Source: an uncultured delta proteobacterium (GTDB lineage: Bacteria; Desulfobacterota; Desulfobacteria; Desulfobacterales; UBA2156). Taken from it: DNA of 64,000 nt. The stretch lies in NCBI GenBank assembly GCA_963736855.1, contig CAVTQK010000021.1, positions 512,001 to 576,000 on the forward strand. Reading direction: 5' to 3'. Positions 1 to 10,373 of the stretch are shown here, piece by piece. The notes beneath the pieces are model-generated. The model saw only the letters and a program-made list of their open reading frames with translations. It was not told the origin of the DNA and made no database searches. Position 1 is the first letter of the stretch. The number at the start of each line of letters is the position of its first letter. Both the position numbers and the translations under genes were made by a program.

Positions 1-195
1 GATCCCATTGACCAGTTATCCGGGGTTCAGGCTCGCCTGAATAACCTTGGCTACGACTGTGGCGCTGTCGATGGCGCCCTGGGACCCAGAACCACGGCGG
101 CGTTGAGGCGCTTCCAACAAGACCACTCCCTGCCGGAATCCGGAACCGCTGATCAACAGACCCAACAAAAGCTCCGCGAGGTATACGGGCGCTAA
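1..195 (+). CDS. 3' end of a peptidoglycan-binding domain protein (partial, runs off window start)
   Basis: Frame 1 reads DPIDQLSGVQARLNNLGYDCGAVDGALGPRTTAALRRFQQDHSLPESGTAD...*, the PG_binding_1 pattern (Q.RL..LGY..G..DG..G..T..A...FQ). Confidence 0.85.
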   Translation, partial: DPIDQLSGVQARLNNLGYDCGAVDGALGPRTTAALRRFQQDHSLPESGTADQQTQQKLREVYGR

Positions 196-205
196 CTCTC
201 CTGCG

Positions 206-1727
206 ATGAGTCTCTACGTCAAGATCATAGACGAACCAACCGGCCAAGTGGTCGCGCCCCTGGAGGTCCTCAAGAATTGGAATGGTAGTTGCTGGGATTC
301 CACCCCAGAGAAGCGGATACTCGTCAAGATCGTTGAAGAGGTTACCGACAATAATGGTGTCGTCAAGACGGAGGTCCGGTTCACGCCCGAATCGTTTCGC
401 GACGACGGCTACTATTTCTTCCCTCAGCGCTTCCCCCACGAACCATTGCGCAGATTCATGATCTACCATCCCAGATACCCTAAATGCACCCTCAGGGTGT
501 TGCCCGGCGGCAAAACCTTGTACGTAGCCCGATCTGCTCCGCAACAACTGATCCATCAAGTCGGAGGCAATCGAATTGAACTTCAGTTAACTCCGCATCA
601 TCTCGTGCCCTTCTCCGGCCGCGACCGATTCGTATTCGGAGCGAATCTGGCCTGGCTCGATGGCCAGTATGATCACGATTTTGGACCCAACTTTTTACCC
701 AAGCCCACCCAACCTGGCCAACCTCCCCAACCTCCCCCACCTTACCCCACTTATCTCGATCCCAATCACTGGGATTACCAGAGACGGCTGGGCAATCTCG
801 AAGCGTACTTTCAGCACATGAGCACGGTATTCAACTGCCGGGTAGTCCGCGTTTGGGTTTTTGAGGGGTGCGAAGGGCTGGACTTCATTAACAATCCCGT
901 GAGCATGAATCCCGCCATCGGAACAAGTGTTAAGACGATCTTGCAACTGGCCGAAAAATACGACTTATACATCTATTGGTGCCTGCTGACCTCCAAGCCT
1001 CCAAAGCCGCCTAACCCTGCACACCCTGGCTTCGCCAAGGACGTGGGAATCATTCGCAGTGCTAGCAATCCGAGATCGAGTCCGTTTCTCAATAACGCCT
1101 TGAGGTCATTTTGCGGTGCCATAACACAAGGTCCTGCCCGGACATTCGCCATTGATGTCATGAACGAGCCGGAGAAGTACGTCGCCCGCGGTAATGTGAA
1201 CTGGGATCAGATACGCACGTACGTCAGGGAATGTTGCCGGAAGATTAAAGGCTATTTAGGACAGTCAGTCCTCGTCTCATGTGGAAGTAAGGGGACGGGA
1301 TGGGTGAATCATAATCCGCCGTTTGTCGAAACCATGAGCAACTATGTGGGGCTGGGATTGGATTTCTACGACTTTCATATCTATAACGATACGGGCGAAT
1401 TGCCTATGAGTTACGACGAAACTCTATGAGGAACTGCTCAAGAAAGGGCAAGTGCTTGACAAGCCCTGCATCGTGGGGGAGTTCGGCCAGGAGCGCACGG
1501 GCTTCCTTGACGACTTTCAGAAGGGAGTCGTCACGAATTTCATGCAGCAGGCATGGCGCCTAGGATTCGGCGGGTGCCTGATCTGGAATTACAATTATCA
1601 GAACTTCCCCTACAACTTGAGAAATACGGATCACTACCACTCGCTCATCTATCGCAATGGCTCCTCCAGACCGGTCGTCGGGCCGATGAGCGCCTTCGCC
1701 GGGGATTACAGCACCTATATGCCATAG
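206..1727 (+). CDS. Clan GH-A (GH5-like) glycoside hydrolase with an unknown N-terminal domain; split by a 1-nt frameshift near 1420
   Basis: GANLAW, VVRVWVF, MNEPE (acid/base) and DFYDFHIY lie in ORF 206-1429; KPCIVGEFG (nucleophile) lies in 1452-1727. Removing one A from gacgaaactc gives continuous YDELYEELLKKGQVLDKPC. Confidence 0.75.
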
Positions 1728-1979
1728 GGGAACTGAAGAACAGGGGGTGGCCAGTGTGGTTTAAGGGATCAGCTTTTGAGTTAGTAGTTAGCAAAAGGGC
1801 AAGCATGTGAGATGGTTTTTGCATGGTGAGACAAAATAGAGTGGGGCTTTGTTATTCCTCAGATCGTAAAAATTGGCAATGCTGTAAGGCCATAGCCGTA
1901 AGCTTCGGTTTCAATAGGGCCGGATCGATGGGAACTCCTGAACAAAAGAGCCTTCGGTCGAGGACCTGGATATTGCCCA

Positions 1980-2590
1980 CAATCGACAATTTTTACCTCT
2001 ATTCACCAAAATTTGGCAGGCTTTCGTCGTATATTGGGATCATTTGGAGAACATACACCAAGATGTAGCATCGGCACGGATATTGCTGCTGTTACTGTTT
2101 GACCGAAAGTTGTTATCCGAGCTCTGCCGCTGCGGCTGGGAAAGCCTGAAGGCCTATTTCAGTTTGTCCTCACGAAATTCAAGGGCAGTTCCCGGCGCCG
2201 CCATCGCCATTCAAACCTTCGGGGATTTCCTGGGGTTCAATCCCCACCTTCATGTGCTGATTTCTGACGGATGTTTCCACGAGAATTGAATTACCAACAT
2301 ATGAAGGTGACTCTCGGCCTCCCATCGAGGATTACGTCGCCGACCCGGTTTATCCCATGGATGCTCACTCCTAAAAGCCGGTCGGCGCTGCTCCGTTGGA
2401 CTATGCCCAAATAGGCCGAGATAATGGCCTTTTGCCGATGAAAACCCGTTTGACAGAGCACCCGCCTTTTGTTAATCAAAAATACATCCGCCACGTCAAT
2501 TGTAGGTTCCCATATCTTGGGGTACAGACGACAGCAAAACACAATTCGTGATCGCTCTTGAGTCCATCCGCAAAAAAGCGACTCCTTATC
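1980..2590 (+). mobile_element. Internally deleted IS91-family (rolling-circle) element remnant with probable terminal region
   Basis: QTFGDFLGFNPHLHVLISDGCF (HUH motif) at 2044-2289, a short acidic C-terminal remnant to ~2374, and a ~190-bp tail ending GCAAAAAAGCGACTCCTTATC that recurs at 43079-43270. Confidence 0.7.
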
Positions 2591-2728
2591 AAATCAAATC
2601 AAATAATCCGGTTAAATCGTTAAAGCTTTTTCTGTATTTTAAAAGCCGCCTGTCTTTTCGATAAATTATAGATGTTATCCAGACAGATGTGAAAAAAACA
2701 ATAACTTAAAAGAAGCAAAGCATTTTCC

Positions 2729-2759
2729 AAAGGATGGGGACAATTTGTCCCCATCCTTT
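2729..2759. promoter_or_regulatory. Perfect 15-bp inverted repeat, candidate operator upstream of the SNF2 helicase
   Basis: AAAGGATGGGGACAA-T-TTGTCCCCATCCTTT. Confidence 0.45.
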
Positions 2760-2839
2760 TGCTTCATCCTTACCTGAGAAGTGGCAAACAGATAGAATCA
2801 GGAAGCGAAGAATGTCCAAGATAGAAATCAAATGAGATT

Positions 2840-2870
2840 AAAGGGTGTGGACAGATTGTCCATACCCTTT
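2840..2870. promoter_or_regulatory. Second related 31-bp palindrome, candidate operator
   Basis: AAAGGGTGTGGACA-GAT-TGTCCATACCCTTT; same GGACA-N3-TGTCC core and length as 2729-2759. Confidence 0.45.
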
Positions 2871-3026
2871 CAGTCAATCTCTTGGAAACTGTTACCCTAC
2901 TCCATTCACGCTATCTATTAAAAACACAGAACCTTTAAAGAATATTGCAGATTGTCGTTTGTTTTGATAGAGGAATCAGCTATATATTCTCTGTAGCTTT
3001 CTTTTACTCCGGATGGATACTGCAAA

Positions 3027-5944
3027 ATGACGAGCATCACCGGATATCATGCAAAATATTTTGCGTATGAGCTGACCAAACGAAGCTCGTCAAACAGTCT
3101 TCAAAAACTTGCTTCATCTCTGCTTGATGCCCAGGTTGACTTGAATCCCCATCAGGTCGAAGCTGCTCTGTTCGCTTTCAAATCTCCTCTTTCAAAAGGC
3201 GCTATCCTTGCCGATGAGGTCGGGCTTGGAAAAACCATAGAAGCCGGAATTGTCATTTCTCAAAAGTGGGCCGAAAGAAAAAAGAAAATTCTGATCATCG
3301 TGCCTTCAAACCTCAGAAAGCAATGGAATCAGGAACTGCTGGATAAGTTTTTTCTATCTTCCATTATTCTTGAAACCCCATCCTTTAATCAGGAAATCAA
3401 AAAAGGAAATCTCAACCCTTTTGAACAGGAACAAATCGTTATCTGCTCGTATCATTTTGCGCGGACGAAAGAACCATATATAACCCGGATCAACTGGGAT
3501 CTGGTCGTAATTGACGAAGCCCATAGATTGCGCAATGTCTATAAACCGACCAATAAAATTTCAAATGCCGTCAAAAGAGCCGTCTCTCACGCTCCGAAAA
3601 TTCTTCTTACGGCCACACCGTTGCAGAATTCACTCCTTGAGTTGTATGGTCTTGTCAGCATCATTGATGATTATACATTCGGTGATCTGCAAAGTTATAA
3701 GCATCAGTTTTCACGTCTGACCGGTGAAGACAGTTTTGACGATCTGAAAGACCGCCTGAAACCTGTCTGTAAAAGAACGCTTCGCCGGCAGGTGCTGGAA
3801 TATATAAAATTTACAAATCGTCTGGCAATTACGCAGGAATTTATTCCTTCCCCGGAAGAACAAAAACTTTATGATCTGGTATCATCCTATTTACAGCGGA
3901 ATAATCTATATGCTCTTCCGGCAAGCCAGCGTCAATTGATGACCCTGATTCTGCGACGGCTCCTTGCCTCATCAACTTTTGCGATTGCAGGCACACTTGA
4001 GGCGTTGGCGTCAAAGCTTGAGACACTTAAAAACCTTCAGGAAAAACAGGAAGAGATAGAATCCGTTATTTCGCAGGATTTTGAAGCTTATGATGAAGTC
4101 ACGCGATGAATGGACGGGCGAGTGGATTGATGAAGAGGAAACAGACGGTGAAACCGAATCGCCTCTTTTTGAAAAACAGGAGAAACAATATACTCCTGAA
4201 GATATCGAAAATATCAAAAAGGAAATAAACGACTTAAACGTTTTTAAGCAGCTTGCTAAGTCCATCACCAAAAATTCAAAAGGAGAGGTTCTTCTTACCG
4301 CGTTAAAAAAAGGATTTGCAGAAATCGAGCGGCTGGGAGGCAGAAAAAAAGCGATTATTTTTACTGAATCCTGCAGAACGCAGGCTTACCTCTACAACAT
4401 TCTTGAACAGACGGAATTTAAGGGCAGGATTGTATTATTTAACGGCACAAACAGCGATCCCCTTTCCCGCGAAATTTACCGGAAATGGCTCATTAAGAAT
4501 CAGAATACGGACAGAATCTCCGGATCTCAAACGGCAGATAAGCGGGCGGCTATTGTGGATTACTTCAGAGACGAAGCGGTTATCATGATAGCTACCGAGG
4601 CCGCAGCCGAGGGTATCAATCTCCAGTTCTGTTCAATTGTGGTTAATTATGATCTTCCATGGAATCCCCAGCGGATTGAGCAGCGAATCGGAAGGTGTCA
4701 CCGTTACGGACAGCAGCATGATGTCGTGGTAGTCAATTTTCTCAACAAAAACAACGCGGCCGACCAGCGTGTCTATGAGCTTTTGGCGGAAAAATTCAAG
4801 CTTTTTTCCGGTGTTTTCGGCGTAAGCGATGAGGTGCTGGGCAGTATTGAATCCGGTGTTGATTTTGAAAAGAGGATTGTTCAGATTTATCAGAACTGCA
4901 GAACTCCTGACGAGATACAAATTGCTTTTGATGCGCTGCAAAAAGAACTGGAAGACCAGATTGAAGACCGCCTGAAAAACACGCGTCAGCAGCTTCTTGA
5001 AACCTTTGATGAAGAAGTCCATGAAAAACTTCGGGTGAATCTGCAGGAAAGCAGGGATTATATTTCAAAATACGAAAACTGGCTCTGGCAGGTTACCCGA
5101 TATTATCTTGAACCCTATGCCTGCTTTGATAATGACGGCCACTCTTTTACCTTAATTCAAAATCCATTCCCCAATGAAAAAATACATCCCGGCCCTTACA
5201 GAATCGGTAAGAATATTGAAGACGCAAATATTTACAGAATCGGTCATCCTTTAGCTCAGCAAATCATTGAACAATGCAAGATGAAATCATTGCCGACCCA
5301 GGGAACTTATTTTCAATTATACGGATGCCGGTGTAAAGATTTCTATTCTTGAACCGCTCATCAAAAAATCAGGATGGCTCAGTGTATCCAACCTGACAAT
5401 TCATTCTTTTGAAACAGAGGATTATGTTTTACTGTCCGGTATTTCTGATGATGGTTTGGAATTGGATGCTGAACAGTGCCGGAGATTTTTTTCACTTCCG
5501 GCTTCAGTGTCAGAGACTGTTCCGTCCAATGGCATATCAACGGTTAAGGAAATATTGCAGCAAACCACCAACGTGATGCAGGCGGAAATTTTACAGGAAA
5601 ATGCCGAGCGGAATTCCGAGTTTTTTGATATCGAAATGGGAAAACTGGAAAAGTGGGCGGATGATGTAAAAGGCAGCCTTGAAATTGAGCTTAAGGCATT
5701 GGACAAGGAAATAAAGTTCCGGAAAACCGAAGCCAAAAAAATTCTGAATTTAGAAGATAAGGTTAAGGCCCAGCGTCATATCAAGGAGATGGAAAAGAAG
5801 CGAAACGCCCTGCGCATGAACCTGTTTCAGTCTCAGGATGAAGTTGATGTTCGCAAGGAAAAGCTGATTGATGAGATAGAAGCCCGCTTGCAGCAGAGGC
5901 TTGAAAAAACTGAGCTGTTTTTGATACGATGGCGATTAGCTTGA
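3027..5944 (+). CDS. SNF2-family helicase (~970 aa) associated with type III RM; split by two 1-nt frameshifts (~4101, ~5302)
   Basis: ILADEVGLGKT, VIDEAH, LLTATP, EGINLQ, YDLPWNPQRIEQRIGRCHRYGQ, then a C-terminal coiled coil; the three ORFs join on removal of single bases. Confidence 0.88.
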
Positions 5945-6027
5945 TGTCTTAACAAGGAAAGTGATCAATGTATTACAGAACAAGTATAATCGTCAGGGAG
6001 AAAAAATATTTGGCAAGAAACTCATTT

Positions 6028-6087
6028 AGGCAATAAAAAAGGCCCTTTCGGGCCCGATGGCTTTCGCCATCCACCTCCGGATTGCCT
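6028..6087 (-). ncRNA. Candidate structured RNA: two GAAA-tetraloop hairpins inside a 7-bp closing stem
   Basis: Minus strand AGGCAAU-ccggaggug-GAUGGC[GAAA]GCCAUC-g-GGCCC[GAAA]GGGCC-uuuuuu-AUUGCCU. Confidence 0.4.
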
Positions 6088-6358
6088 GATTCATTTTATT
6101 TAAACAAAATTGGATCACAATGTTAAGAAAAGTTTTGAAAAGTTTTGAATTTCATCAGGTCAAAGCGGACGTAAAGAGAATATGCATCCATAGAAAAACA
6201 TAGGTGCAGTTTTAATAAAAAAGTGCACCTATGATAATCTATAAGTGCACTTATGGACGAAAACTGTCCATCCCATATGCGATATTAAACGGCGAAAGTA
6301 AAATAAGATGGTTGGTTATTTTACTTTCGGGCATGAAAATAAAATAACGGAGAGGTTA

Positions 6359-6514
6359 ATGTCAAAATCCAAACTTGAACTCACCTGGATCGGTAAGGAT
6401 AAGCAGCCGGTTCTTGAGCCCCGCATCCTCGTTGAAGATCCGGAAAAATCATACGGCGATAAGACCGCTGAAAATATGCTCATCTACGGCGACAACCTGC
6501 TGGCCCTGAAAGCA
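6359..6514 (+). pseudogene. 5' fragment of a type III RM methyltransferase (Mod)
   Basis: MSKSKLELTWIGKD...LEPRIL...ENMLIYGDNLLALKA is the typical Mod N-terminus; the sequence then switches abruptly to Res-like coding. Confidence 0.8.
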
Positions 6515-8081
6515 CCGATAACAAAATTGAAATTGTGATCCATGTCAATATGCTCAAAGAAGGCTGGGATGTCACAAACCTTTATACGATTATCCCACTC
6601 CGCTCAGCGGCTTCGCAGACATTGCGGGAGCAGACTATCGGCAGGGGACTCCGTTTACCCTATGGAAAAAGAACGGGCAGCGATAAGGTGGACAAGCTGA
6701 CTATTGTGGCGCATGACCGGTTTCAGGAGATCCTTGATGAGGCCAACAAGCCGGACTCAATCATAAGGCTGGAAAATATCATTCAAATTGACCCGGCGGA
6801 GTTAAGCCAACAAAAGGAGGTTGTCACTTCTGTTTCATCTATTGAGCAGAAAATGCAGGACGAGCAGAAACGGATTGAAAGCATCGCCCGGCCTGAAGAA
6901 AAGGAAAAACTCAGATCAGCCTCGAAGTAAAAAAGGCTGTCTTTTCGGCCTTGCCGGAACTTAACAGAGAGGTAAAAAGCGTTAATGAACTGACAAAATC
7001 GGAAATCAAGGAGATTGCCGTAGAAAAGATAAAGCAGGCCATTTTCAAGTCCCCTCAGCAGTCTTTATTTGCCGGTCAGATGATTAAGGAAGTTGAAAAG
7101 GTTTATGAGAAACTGGTGGCTGAATTTACCCGGAATATAATTGAGATTCCTCGGATCACTATCCAGCAGAGCGGTGATGTGCGGTCAGGCTTCAGGGATT
7201 TTGACCTTGATGTTAAAAATTTGAACTTTCAACCGGTGTCGGAAGAAATCCTTGTGAAAAAGCTTCGTGAGCAGGAAAACAGCATCGATATTGTAATCGG
7301 CAAAGGCAGGATTGTTCCGGACAGCCTTGATAAGATAATCGTCAACGAACTGATGAACTTTCCGGAAATCGATTATGATGTTCAGGCTGAACTTCTTTTT
7401 AAATTGGCCGGGCAGGTAATTGATAAATTTGAATCATACCTTAACGACGAACAGATGATGAACGTGGTCCAGTATCATAAAAAAGAAATAGGGAAATATA
7501 TTTACGCTCAAATGATGGAGCATTTTTATTGCGAGACACCGGGTTTTCTAAAGCCCGCAGTAAGGCCGTTTACCAAAATCGAGGAGCACAATTTTTCGAA
7601 ATATACTATAGATAAAATTCATGATTACACAGATACCATCACACCGACCGGGGCAATTCCGGGCAAAGTATTCTCCGGTTTTAAAAAAGCCTGTCATAAC
7701 CTGTATAAATTTGATTCAAAAACGGAAAAAGACTTTGCCTGTATCTTAGAGCAGGATAAAGAAGTGCTGAAATGGCTGCGCCCGGCCGCCAATCAGTTTC
7801 ATATCTACTGGAAACATAATTCCAGGCAGTATCATCCGGACTTCGTTGCGGAAACGGCAGATGCAATCTATATGATTGAAACAAAAAAAGAAGGCGATAT
7901 TGACTCAGCCGATGTGCAGGAAAAATCCCAGGCAGCCCTTACATATTGCACACATGCAACTGAATTTACCTCACAAAACACCGGGAAGCCCTGGAAATAT
8001 GTCCTGATTCCACATGATGTAGTCAAACTGAATATGGGGTTTGATACACTAACAAAGCATTATGAATTTAGAAATGCTTAA
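6515..8081 (+). pseudogene. 3' half of a type III restriction endonuclease (Res), missing its N-terminal helicase lobe; 1-nt frameshift near 6910
   Basis: DNKIEIVIHVNMLKEGWDVTNLYTIIPLR, EQTIGRGLRLPYG and the C-terminal nuclease motif YHPDFVAET...MIETK. Confidence 0.85.
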
Positions 8082-8164
8082 GCGGTGATGCATGGGGTTG
8101 TCGACAATTTGTTGACAACTGAAATGGTAAGCGGACAATGGTCGCGCATCGGATCGATTGCCGG

Positions 8165-8460
8165 ACTCTGGAGCGCCTCTTCAGACATCGCGTGCTCAAG
8201 ATGCTCTTGAAAAAGGCAAAATCACCCGGGATATGAATGTTCAGTTCCGAAAAAACTGGTCCCGCCTGATCCAAAAAATTTACCCAGTTGAATTTCCCGA
8301 AGGGAACCCTATTCAACCGGGTGAATGAGGTCGATCCCCTGACCTGCCCCAAGTGCCAGGGTAGGATGTGAGTGATCGCGTTTATCGAAAATCCGAATGT
8401 GATTAAAAAAATACTCAAACACCTGAACTTATAGGACCTGAAACGACCACCCAGGCCCGT
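8165..8460 (+). mobile_element. IS91-family transposase C-terminal remnant
   Basis: Broken frames give LERLFRHRVLKMLL, WSRLIQKIY, EVDPLTCPKCQGRM* and VIAFIENPNVIKKILKHLNL. Confidence 0.7.
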
Positions 8461-8538
8461 CGTCTCGATCGTTGCGAGATCAGGGTCAAGCATGGGAATC
8501 GTTCTCTGCTTAGCACTGAAATGAGTACCGAGTCGGCA

Positions 8539-9756
8539 TCAAATCTTGATCCACCCTCTTCTCAACGAGTTATCCAAAATGACCCCGACAAGGAAAGCCG
8601 CTCCCATGTTCCACATGGCGAAGGCAGCCACGATGAGCATCACGTAGAAATCGGCTTTCTTGTCTCCGATGTCCTTGACCACAATAGCCAGTTCAGAGCC
8701 CGCGAAGAACAATATTACGCCCAGGATCGCATTGGGGAATATCTTGAAGATGATAGCTACGGAATCGCTGAAAAAGAGGGCGATGAAAACGAGGATGCTT
8801 CCCAGTATGACCAGCGCCCCGCCGGTCTTGGCCCCGAAGCGAACGTGTCCGGCCATCCCGCCGGCCCCATGACACATGGGAATGCCGCCAAAAAGGGGCG
8901 AAACCAGGTTCATGATTCCTTGAGAAATGGCAATCTTCTTCTCCGTCACCTGCCTGTCGGGAAAAAGCTCGTTGTTCTCCGCAACAATGGCAATCACTGC
9001 ATTGCCGAGTGTTAATGGTATCTGGGGCAGAGTGAAAAGCAGTGTGCCGACGACGATGTCATTCCAGCTGATCATGGGAAGATGAAAAACCGGAAACTTG
9101 AAGCCGATATGGATCTTGGCCAGCTCGGATATCAGTTGAGGGTTCATGATCACCGAAGAAGCAACCCCGATGATCAAGAGCATGAACATCGCCGGAACCT
9201 TGGGGTTCGTCAAAAGAACGTAAGTGACCACTAGAGCGAAACCTGCAAGGACCGGCGCCGTCTTCATACGATTGACTCCATCGACCATAAAAGAGAGCCC
9301 CAGACCCAGCATGATCCCTCGCACCACCGGTTTGGTTGCCAGTTTGGCTATCGGTCTGATAGCTCCGGTCGTGCCGGCGAAAAACCAAAAAATCCCCGTG
9401 GTGATACCTGATCCGAAAAGGGCTGCCGGGCTAATACCCCCGGCGATGGCTGCTGCTCCAATGGCTTTCATCGGTTGGATCGGAATAGGAGTCCTGTAAT
9501 AGAATCCGGCCACCAACAGACAAATCCCAAACATGAAGAGAAGCCCTAGAGGTTCCACCTTCACAATCGTGATGTAGGCAACCACAAACGGGATCAAGGT
9601 GCCGATGTCGCCGAACGCCCCTGCCCACTCCATCTTGTTATAAAGGTTTTTTGTTCTCTCTGTTTTCGCACTCACAGTGTCGGCAAGCTCCTTGTTCTCA
9701 AGCGCAAGCTCTTCGCCTTGACCATCGGGTGACATTACTCCGCATCCTTTTCGCAA
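8539..9756 (-). CDS. Molybdate/sulfate transporter (MOT1-like); start uncertain
   Basis: EWAGAFGDIGT, PIPIQPMKAI, PQIPLTLGNAVI, PMCHGAGGMAGHVRFGA; multiple TM helices. Confidence 0.85.
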   Translation of the reverse strand: MRKGCGVMSPDGQGEELALENKELADTVSAKTERTKNLYNKMEWAGAFGDIGTLIPFVVAYITIVKVEPLGLLFMFGICLLVAGFYYRTPIPIQPMKAIGAAAIAGGISPAALFGSGITTGIFWFFAGTTGAIRPIAKLATKPVVRGIMLGLGLSFMVDGVNRMKTAPVLAGFALVVTYVLLTNPKVPAMFMLLIIGVASSVIMNPQLISELAKIHIGFKFPVFHLPMISWNDIVVGTLLFTLPQIPLTLGNAVIAIVAENNELFPDRQVTEKKIAISQGIMNLVSPLFGGIPMCHGAGGMAGHVRFGAKTGGALVILGSILVFIALFFSDSVAIIFKIFPNAILGVILFFAGSELAIVVKDIGDKKADFYVMLIVAAFAMWNMGAAFLVGVILDNSLRRGWIKI

Positions 9757-9875
9757 ACCAGACCCGCGTTGGACGTATAATTTGCTCCACCATTTTCCGT
9801 TTCATCTGTTAAACCACGGGGAAATGAAAAACTTGCGGTCGAAAGTGAAAAAGCAGTTGTTGATGCTTTTTAAGG

Positions 9876-10373
9876 CTAAACCTTGTATTTTCCGAAATCA
9901 TCCGGAGAGAGCTTTTCCAGGTACTCGGCCCACTTTTTCCCCTCTTCGCTTTTATCCAAGACTTCCGCTTCTGAAAATCCCTTTTTCGATTTCTCGATCA
10001 CTTGATCGTCCACGTAGATGGGAGCCTTGAAACGGAGCGCTACCGCAATGGCATCGCTGGGCCGAGCATCCATGACGAACGTTTTTTCCGGAGAGGTGAA
10101 ATAGATCTTGGCAAAAAAAGTATTATCCTTCAGGTCGCAAACCTCCACCTTCGATACCTCGATACTCTGGACATCCAGGACATTCTTGAAAAGATCGTGG
10201 GTCATGGGCCTTTCGAACTGTATGTTCTGCAAAACCGACGCAATGGCCGTGGCTTCCAAAAGACCGATCCAGATGGGAATCGCCTGGTCGTCCTCCTGGG
10301 ATTTCAAGATCAGTATGGGCGTATTGGTCGCGGGATCCAGCGTCAAACCCGCTATATTCACTTTATGCAACAT
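9876..10373 (-). CDS. Bifunctional nuclease family protein (DUF151)
   Basis: IPIWIGLLEATAI, RPMTHDL, DARPSDAIAVALR. Confidence 0.9.
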   Translation of the reverse strand: MLHKVNIAGLTLDPATNTPILILKSQEDDQAIPIWIGLLEATAIASVLQNIQFERPMTHDLFKNVLDVQSIEVSKVEVCDLKDNTFFAKIYFTSPEKTFVMDARPSDAIAVALRFKAPIYVDDQVIEKSKKGFSEAEVLDKSEEGKKWAEYLEKLSPDDFGKYKV

